Shown here: piece by piece, positions 59,034 through 64,000 of the stretch
Position numbering within the stretch: position 1 is the stretch's first letter
How the letters are laid out: the number at the start of each line of letters is the position of its first letter
Virus record (IMG/VR): IMGVR_UViG_3300033143_001219
Span: 17,106 to 81,105 of that record
DNA: 64,000 nucleotides
Source of the DNA: a virus
Reading direction: 5' to 3' (one strand)
The notes under the pieces: generated by a model
What the model was told of the DNA's origin: nothing
The model's input: the letters and a program-made list of their open reading frames with translations, nothing else
Databases searched by the model: none
Made by a program: the position numbers and the translations under genes

Positions 59034-59377
59034 TGGATCCAAAAATAAAGCACAGTGTAATTGCAATAGAGAAATTAACTTCACGCATTGAGTTTAGGGA
59101 GATTGATTTACAATTCAAAGAAAAAATTACATTAGATAATGAATATAAATTATTAGAATTTATTAAACCTTTTATTAAATCACAATACTATAATAGGTAT
59201 AAGAATGCTTCTAGTTATATAGAATCTGTTATACATCTTCCATACGTGAGAAATGAAGTTATTAAAAACTTAGAAAATAGACTGGGCTGGGAAACTAAAG
59301 AGGTTACTCTATTACAAAAGAAAATTAAATTACATAATAAATTGCCTTGGTGGAAAAGATTGAAGAGGATTAAATAA
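59033..59377 (+). CDS. Hypothetical protein
   Basis: TAATG coupling; C-terminal LPWWKRL. Confidence 0.6.
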   Translation: MDPKIKHSVIAIEKLTSRIEFREIDLQFKEKITLDNEYKLLEFIKPFIKSQYYNRYKNASSYIESVIHLPYVRNEVIKNLENRLGWETKEVTLLQKKIKLHNKLPWWKRLKRIK

Positions 59378-59550
59378 TGGAACACATTAAAGAAATAGTA
59401 TTATTAACTGTAGCTAAAGTAGATATACTTAAAATTAAAGCGGATCACTATACTTGGAGTGCTTTATTATCTAATACTGATCGTGAATCTTTAGAGTCTA
59501 CTTTAGCTAATATTAATAATTTATTAAAGGAATTAAGTGATGAATCATAG
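59377..59550 (+). CDS. Hypothetical protein (57 aa, not in ORF track)
   Basis: GAGG RBS and TAATG coupling; fills the gap. Confidence 0.55.
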   Translation: MEHIKEIVLLTVAKVDILKIKADHYTWSALLSNTDRESLESTLANINNLLKELSDES

Positions 59551-59893
59551 TAAGAAAATAGAATGGATGCACAAGTATGCAGCAGACCATAACGTAGTAT
59601 TAACATTAGAAGGTGAGTGTGGATTCGGTCGTGAATGCGTAGGCATTTTACTGAATGAGTCTTATCCGGACTACCCAGAAGAAGTTTGGGTACCTGATGA
59701 CGCATATCATAAACATGCTTGCGTTGCTGTATTAGGGCGCGGGGAAGATGCCGAGAATCAATTATATTTGTGGTTACAATGGTTTAATAAACATAAGTAT
59801 ATACCAGTTGAAACTAAATTAGAAAATCCTCCTGATGACTATATTAGTTTAATGTTTGGTCGCGATAGTCATAAGGATATGGTAAAACAATGA
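59537..59893 (+). CDS. Hypothetical protein
   Basis: AAGGA RBS; LEGECGFGRECVGI and AYHKH motifs. Confidence 0.65.
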   Translation: MMNHSKKIEWMHKYAADHNVVLTLEGECGFGRECVGILLNESYPDYPEEVWVPDDAYHKHACVAVLGRGEDAENQLYLWLQWFNKHKYIPVETKLENPPDDYISLMFGRDSHKDMVKQ

Positions 59894-60078
59894 GATTTGA
59901 AATATATAGTATGAAAGGGGGATTTACTGCGGAAGCGTGTGATACTGAAAGTGCTGAAGCATATAAAGTAACAGGTGTAGGTAAGACAATCAGTCTCGCG
60001 GTTGATGATGCACTTGTTGAACTTGGGAGGTTTAAGACAAAATGTTTAAAATTAAACGATTCTTCTGCTTGCATTTAA
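59890..60078 (+). CDS. Hypothetical protein
   Basis: ATGA coupling. Confidence 0.5.
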   Translation: MRFEIYSMKGGFTAEACDTESAEAYKVTGVGKTISLAVDDALVELGRFKTKCLKLNDSSACI

Positions 60079-60191
60079 ATTGGACTAGTAGTTATCAACT
60101 TATGTATGGTTATAGATTCTATAGGTGTTGTGATTGTGGGAAATTAAAAGAATTTAATGTATATAATCCGCCAATTAACTACGACTCCTGA
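60042..60191 (+). CDS. Small zinc-ribbon protein (49 aa, not in ORF track)
   Basis: GGGAGG RBS; FFCLH...CCDCGK. Confidence 0.5.
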   Translation: MFKIKRFFCLHLNWTSSYQLMYGYRFYRCCDCGKLKEFNVYNPPINYDS

Positions 60192-60313
60192 TAGGCACCT
60201 TGTAGCGAAACTCAGTTTCTTTGGATACCGTACGTGCGGAGGGGTGTAGAGAGGGAGGGTTAGACTGAGTCTAATAACCGCCCCCTACCATAGTCTCCTT
60301 TTATTGTCAACCC

Positions 60314-60751
60314 CTAAATAAATGCATTGTTGGCATGGTTTTTGAATGCAAAATTCTGTTCTGATATATTCGTGTCACGAATAACCACACTCATAAGAGG
60401 GCAATTATTATCATGCTCGGTTCCGAAGGCTGCGTGACATATCTCATGGAATACAACGTGACGAATGGCATCAGCTTTCATTGTCAACGTGGTCGCTGGA
60501 ATCCAGATAATGCAATCACGAATTCTAGCTGTTCCGAGAACTCCCGCTTGAATGCAATCGGTAATTCTCACATCAATGCGCGGCAACTCTGCCAGCTTCT
60601 TAGCTTCATAGATGAAGCCCATCACAATACGGCGCAGCTTATACGTGTCGCTATTCATATCTCGGTTATGGTGACGTGATGCAGTTTTATTTTTCATCTT
60701 CAAAAATCCTTGCCCCCGAAGGGGCTGTTGATTACTTCGTAACTTCGTCAA
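60314..60751 (-). CDS. SprT-like zincin metalloprotease
   Basis: VVFHEICHAAFGTEH...CPLM (HExxH with Met-turn-like motif); start uncertain. Confidence 0.7.
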   Translation of the reverse strand: MTKLRSNQQPLRGQGFLKMKNKTASRHHNRDMNSDTYKLRRIVMGFIYEAKKLAELPRIDVRITDCIQAGVLGTARIRDCIIWIPATTLTMKADAIRHVVFHEICHAAFGTEHDNNCPLMSVVIRDTNISEQNFAFKNHANNAFI

Positions 60752-60926
60752 AATATTCAGAGGCAGCGGTCAAATCTTGATTGAAATAATGACCCCAATA
60801 GCAGCTGGCTTTGGTATCACCTTCAAAGATTGAATAAGACCAAACAACATACTGACCGTTGAACTTGGCTAATACTTTGCCCTTCATTGCTTCGAAAACT
60901 TTCGCACCATTTTGTAACTCTAACAT
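60732..60926 (-). CDS. Hypothetical pre-early protein
   Basis: AAACGGGAG RBS; YWGHYF motif. Confidence 0.7.
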   Translation of the reverse strand: MLELQNGAKVFEAMKGKVLAKFNGQYVVWSYSIFEGDTKASCYWGHYFNQDLTAASEYFDEVTK

Positions 60927-60958
60927 TTTACTTCTCCCGTTTGTTAATTTCTATATTA

Positions 60959-60986
60959 ATTATAGCAGCTGATCCCCATTTGTCTA
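60959..60986 (-). promoter_or_regulatory. Sigma-70 promoter (extended -10)
   Basis: TAGACA-16-TATAAT with TGn. Confidence 0.7.
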
Positions 60987-61231
60987 CCACCTCAGTGAAA
61001 ATAAACCATTTATTTATGGTCAATTATTGACCACATCTATATTAGCATATTAGAATATTATAATATGCTTGCGCCAATTTTACCATACCAACCCCCTACT
61101 TGTCAATACCTATATATGGGTATTGACAAATAAACTTGGCACGAGGATTGCATGCCACCTATGCAAGACGCATGCCACATTAGAATATTATAATATACTA
61201 CTAGACAAGCAAGATGCGTGCCAACAGATGC

Positions 61232-61244
61232 TAAGTCATTGATT
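61232..61244 (-). promoter_or_regulatory. IHF binding site
   Basis: AATCAATGACTTA matches WATCAANNNNTTR, directly upstream of the sigma-54 box at 61208-61224. Confidence 0.65.
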
Positions 61245-61366
61245 TATAAGGCTATCTTTGTGTGCCACGAACTCACCCTAACATAGGCAATCATAAAGGG
61301 TACTCCAAGTGGGCTGAGACAGGCTGACAAGAGCTTAGGATTGATAAAAACTTGGCACGGTTTGTG

Positions 61367-61384
61367 AATGAGAACGATTCGCAT
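61367..61384. promoter_or_regulatory. Fur-box-like site
   Basis: TGAGAAC-G-ATTCGCA, 5/7 + 5/7 match to the 7-1-7 TGATAAT-N-ATTATCA. Confidence 0.4.
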
Positions 61385-61576
61385 CAAGAATCGTGCCAAC
61401 AGCATATGATTATATTATTATATTCTAATATAGATCTTCATTAGAATATTATTATATTAGACTATTCTAATATGCTTGGTATATTAGAATATGGGTATAT
61501 TAGAATATGCTAATATTGCGCCGTACCCTATATAAGCAAATGCTAATATACTAATATACCGTTCGTCGGATAGGTG

Positions 61577-61604
61577 TTGACACTGGGGGCTAATTTGCTA
61601 TAAT
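61577..61604 (+). promoter_or_regulatory. Sigma-70 promoter (extended -10)
   Basis: TTGACA-16-TATAAT with TGn, upstream of the AAACGGGAG RBS. Confidence 0.85.
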
Positions 61605-61630
61605 TACTACATTGAAACGGGAGATACAAA

Positions 61631-61720
61631 ATGTTAAACAAATTATTTATTCTTATTATTTTAGTCGGCGTTCCTTTATGGTTTGGCCTTTCTTCATTTG
61701 CTCACTTAGCGGGGTTATAA
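61631..61720 (+). CDS. 29-aa hydrophobic peptide
   Basis: MLNKLFILIILVGVPLWFGLSSFAHLAGL; promoter and RBS directly upstream. Confidence 0.65.
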   Translation: MLNKLFILIILVGVPLWFGLSSFAHLAGL

Positions 61721-61723
61721 AAA

Positions 61724-61870
61724 ATGCTTAATTTAATTACACTAAACGCTCTTATCTATACGCTGTTGAGCTTTCAAGCTAACCTATACGGCATGGATAG
61801 ATTAACCGTACTTTTTGTGTGTGTTACCATGTGTTTTGTTATTCCTATGGTTTTGATGGAGGAAAAATGA
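61724..61870 (+). CDS. 48-aa two-TM peptide
   Basis: MLNLITLNALIYTLLSF...LFVCVTMCFVIPMVLMEEK. Confidence 0.6.
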   Translation: MLNLITLNALIYTLLSFQANLYGMDRLTVLFVCVTMCFVIPMVLMEEK

Positions 61871-61956
61871 AATACTTACATTTACTATCAGCATTACTAA
61901 CGGGTTCAGCCTTTGCCATTATCACTTATTTAATTTGTTTATCTAATCAATTTTAA
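61867..61956 (+). CDS. 29-aa hydrophobic peptide
   Basis: GGAGG RBS and ATGA coupling; MKYLHLLSALLTGSAFAIITYLICLSNQF. Confidence 0.6.
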   Translation: MKYLHLLSALLTGSAFAIITYLICLSNQF

Positions 61957-61981
61957 TAACCTTATAAAACCCTCCCGTTTT

Positions 61982-62006
61982 AGCCCTACGAAATGTAGGG
62001 TTTTTT
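61982..62006 (+). terminator. Rho-independent terminator
   Basis: CCCTAC-gaaat-GTAGGG followed by T6. Confidence 0.8.
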
Positions 62007-62236
62007 AATTTCGGGTATATTAGAATATTCTAATATTCTAATATTGCGCCTTTCGCGATATAAGCATATTATAATATACTAATATGCTCTACCCCAGGTT
62101 CATTAGAATATTAGCATATGCTAATATGCGCCGATTATACACCTCACAAATACTTTCTGTCAATACCCACAAAGAGATATATACAAATGCTTGCCATGCG
62201 CTATAATTATTACAACTTAAACGGGAGATTCAAAAA

Positions 62237-62410
62237 ATGCATACTAAAGACACGAAACGGGTTTTGATCACTGGTCGCGATTCTGCGGGCGAAATTGTGA
62301 ATTTGCTTGAAATCAAACGCACGTCGTCTGTCGGTTTTCGGATTCACAAAAAAATGCATATTAATTCGATGCGGAATTATTGCGCGACGGTTACTTGCGA
62401 AAAACTTTAA
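62237..62410 (+). CDS. Hypothetical protein (57 aa, not in ORF track)
   Basis: AAACGGGAG RBS; TATAAT at 62202; terminator directly after. Confidence 0.65.
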   Translation: MHTKDTKRVLITGRDSAGEIVNLLEIKRTSSVGFRIHKKMHINSMRNYCATVTCEKL

Positions 62411-62415
62411 AAGGT

Positions 62416-62440
62416 AAAACCCGCGAAAGTGGGTTTTTTT
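62416..62440 (+). terminator. Rho-independent terminator
   Basis: AAAACCCGC-GAAA-GTGGGTTTTTTT. Confidence 0.85.
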
Positions 62441-62505
62441 AATTTCGGGTATATTAGAATATTATAATATACTAATTTGCGCCGATCCGGTAAGACGCTA
62501 CTCTA

Positions 62506-62534
62506 ATTATAACACAAAAAATCCATGCTGTCAA
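62506..62534 (-). promoter_or_regulatory. Consensus sigma-70 promoter with no downstream ORF
   Basis: TTGACA-17-TATAAT on the - strand; related copies at 61077-61106, 62134-62163 and 62587-62616. Confidence 0.7.
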
Positions 62535-62886
62535 CACTTATTTTCAGGTCGAATATTAGAATATTAGCATATGCTAATTTGCGCCGATTATATCACACCC
62601 ATCCCCTACTTGTCAATACCCATTAAGAGATATTGACAAATTAGTTGGCACGAAGTTTGCACCGACGCGAATATTAGAATATTATAATATACTAATATAC
62701 TAATATAGGTCTGGAGTATATTAGAATACAGTTATATTCTAATATTAGTAAGTTAGTATATCGTTATAAACTAATGGAGAATTGGCACGATTCTTGGTGG
62801 GCAAAAAACGTGCCAAAATATTAAGTTTGCATCTCGTTATAAAATAATGTTAAAATATCCGCAAGGAAAAAAAGGGGTATAGGATT

Positions 62887-63312
62887 ATGAAAAGCACAAA
62901 ATTTTTGGACACAATCGCGCTATGTAATAGTGAAGGTTTTGGTGGCGTGGATTATTACAGCAAAGGCGAAAATATAGCTGAGTTTCTTAATGAATATGAA
63001 ATAGAAACGGCTGGAATTGTAACAACAAAAGTGAAGGGCAAAATTGCGGGCTTCGTTTTATGGTATATAGAAAATAATGCTATTAATATATGTAGACGCG
63101 CAGTATATGAAAAATATCAGGGTTTAGGGTTAGGCGTTAAACTTACTAAACAGACTATGAAAATCGGGTTATCATTTGGCGCGCATTTTGAGACATACGC
63201 TAGTAACTGGAATTTAGCTAGTATAAATAGTTCTATAAAATGCGGTTGTTATATTACTAAAATAGGGAAGGATTATACATGCCTTTCAAATAAAAAACGG
63301 GTTAAAAAATGA
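62887..63312 (+). CDS. GNAT-family acetyltransferase
   Basis: AVYEKYQGLGLG acetyl-CoA motif A; N.ASINS..KCG motif B. Confidence 0.8.
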   Translation: MKSTKFLDTIALCNSEGFGGVDYYSKGENIAEFLNEYEIETAGIVTTKVKGKIAGFVLWYIENNAINICRRAVYEKYQGLGLGVKLTKQTMKIGLSFGAHFETYASNWNLASINSSIKCGCYITKIGKDYTCLSNKKRVKK

Positions 63313-63518
63313 AATGGCTGGAATATATAGGCGTACTACTGGCGGGTATTGGGTTTTCACTGTTATCTATTGGTATCTTAAAAATCGGTTTTATATTAGG
63401 CTTTATATCATGCCTGTTATTAATAACCTTTTTTAAACACAATAAATTAAATGGGCTTTTAGCCTTGCAAACTTTCTTTTTGTTTGTTAATGTATTTGGA
63501 ATATATAACAACTTTTAA
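63309..63518 (+). CDS. Small multi-TM membrane protein
   Basis: Three hydrophobic segments; ATGA coupling. Confidence 0.65.
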   Translation: MKWLEYIGVLLAGIGFSLLSIGILKIGFILGFISCLLLITFFKHNKLNGLLALQTFFLFVNVFGIYNNF

Positions 63519-63527
63519 GGGCTTATT

Positions 63528-64000
63528 ATGATAAAGAAAATTAAAATATATGATCTGGATGGAACACTTATAAATTCATTACATAGGTATAGAATAAATG
63601 CGCGTGGGCGTATCGACCTTGCACACTGGCGAAAAAATGACACTAGAAAAAATGTTTTAGATAATGACACTTTTCTCGATTTATATAAATGGCTGCGGGT
63701 AGATTTAGAACGTGCGGATACTTATGTAATTTTTGCAACTGCTAGGGCGTGTACTTATAACGACCACAACTATGAATTTTTAAAAAAACATAATATTATG
63801 CCTGACTTGTTTATTCATAGACAAGGCGAGAGCGACCAAAGAGGCGGGGCAGAATTAAAGATAGCAGCCATTAAGCCGCTATTAAATTTAAAACAATTTC
63901 AAAATGCCACTATACATATATTTGAGGATAATATACAATATTTACATGATATGGTTATATCATTAAAGGGTGACTTTTCAAAAGGTCGCAAGGTTGTAGG
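63528..64000 (+). CDS. HAD-superfamily phosphatase (3' truncated by window edge)
   Basis: IYDLDGTL motif I, ATAR motif II, K and FEDN motif IV; frame open to the window end. Confidence 0.8.
   Translation, partial: MIKKIKIYDLDGTLINSLHRYRINARGRIDLAHWRKNDTRKNVLDNDTFLDLYKWLRVDLERADTYVIFATARACTYNDHNYEFLKKHNIMPDLFIHRQGESDQRGGAELKIAAIKPLLNLKQFQNATIHIFEDNIQYLHDMVISLKGDFSKGRKVV

Larger units (their letters stand above)
61039..62750. repeat. Dispersed 8-bp-periodic ATATTAG(A/C)ATAT repeats and palindromes
   Basis: About a dozen clusters, including perfect palindromes ATATTAGCATATGCTAATAT and ATATTAGAATATTCTAATAT, often ending in GCGCC. Confidence 0.9.
61136..62816. promoter_or_regulatory. Array of sigma-54 (RpoN) -24/-12 boxes
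   Basis: TGGCA(C/T)G-N4-TTGC at 61136(+), 61162(-), 61208(-), 62645(+), 62800(-); -12 variants at 61352(+), 61383(-), 62782(+). Confidence 0.8.

Noticed and set aside
60281-60310. Leftward sigma-70 promoter (TTGACA at about 60310)
   Set aside because: The -10 position reads TAGGGG, a poor match, and no ORF follows.
61039-62750. CRISPR array
   Set aside because: Repeats vary in length and spacing, there are no uniform unique spacers, and no cas genes are present.
1-64000. tRNA, rRNA, integrase or transposase genes
   Set aside because: No cloverleaf or T-loop pattern seen in the intergenic gaps and no recombinase motifs in the ORFs; tRNAscan-SE would be the decisive check.

Overview
This window is about 64 kb of an AT-rich, T5-like (Demerecviridae-style) tailed phage genome. 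The regulatory motifs and outer-membrane genes point to a Gram-negative, probably proteobacterial, host. (1) 1-14.8 kb, + strand: T5-order replication block (DnaB helicase, primase, PolA, D10, D11 SSB, D12/D13 SbcCD-like, D14, D15 flap endonuclease, dUTPase) followed by a class II ribonucleotide reductase. (2) 14.8-56.8 kb, - strand: late region with lysis genes, a cell-envelope cassette, three related tail fibres plus a gp38-like adhesin, tail tip, a 2366-aa tape measure, a homing endonuclease, frameshifted tail chaperones, tail tube and neck genes, a fused protease-capsid gene, portal, a 12-kb block of extra virion genes and terminase. (3) 57-60.2 kb, + strand: small hypothetical ORFs. (4) 60.3-64 kb: probable terminal-repeat/pre-early region. 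The most striking signal is at 61.0-62.9 kb: a mostly non-coding region with eight sigma-54 (RpoN) -24/-12 boxes, six of them in head-to-head pairs, interleaved with an IHF site, a Fur-like box, gene-less sigma-70 promoters and 8-bp-periodic ATATTAG palindromes. It may be a host-RNAP decoy or roadblock, possibly an injection-stop device. Other highlights are a possible beads-on-a-string fibre system, a passenger-less trimeric autotransporter cassette, a PolA with a remodelled O-helix, and a nested capsid start. All protein calls come from motif recognition and gene order; no database search was run.
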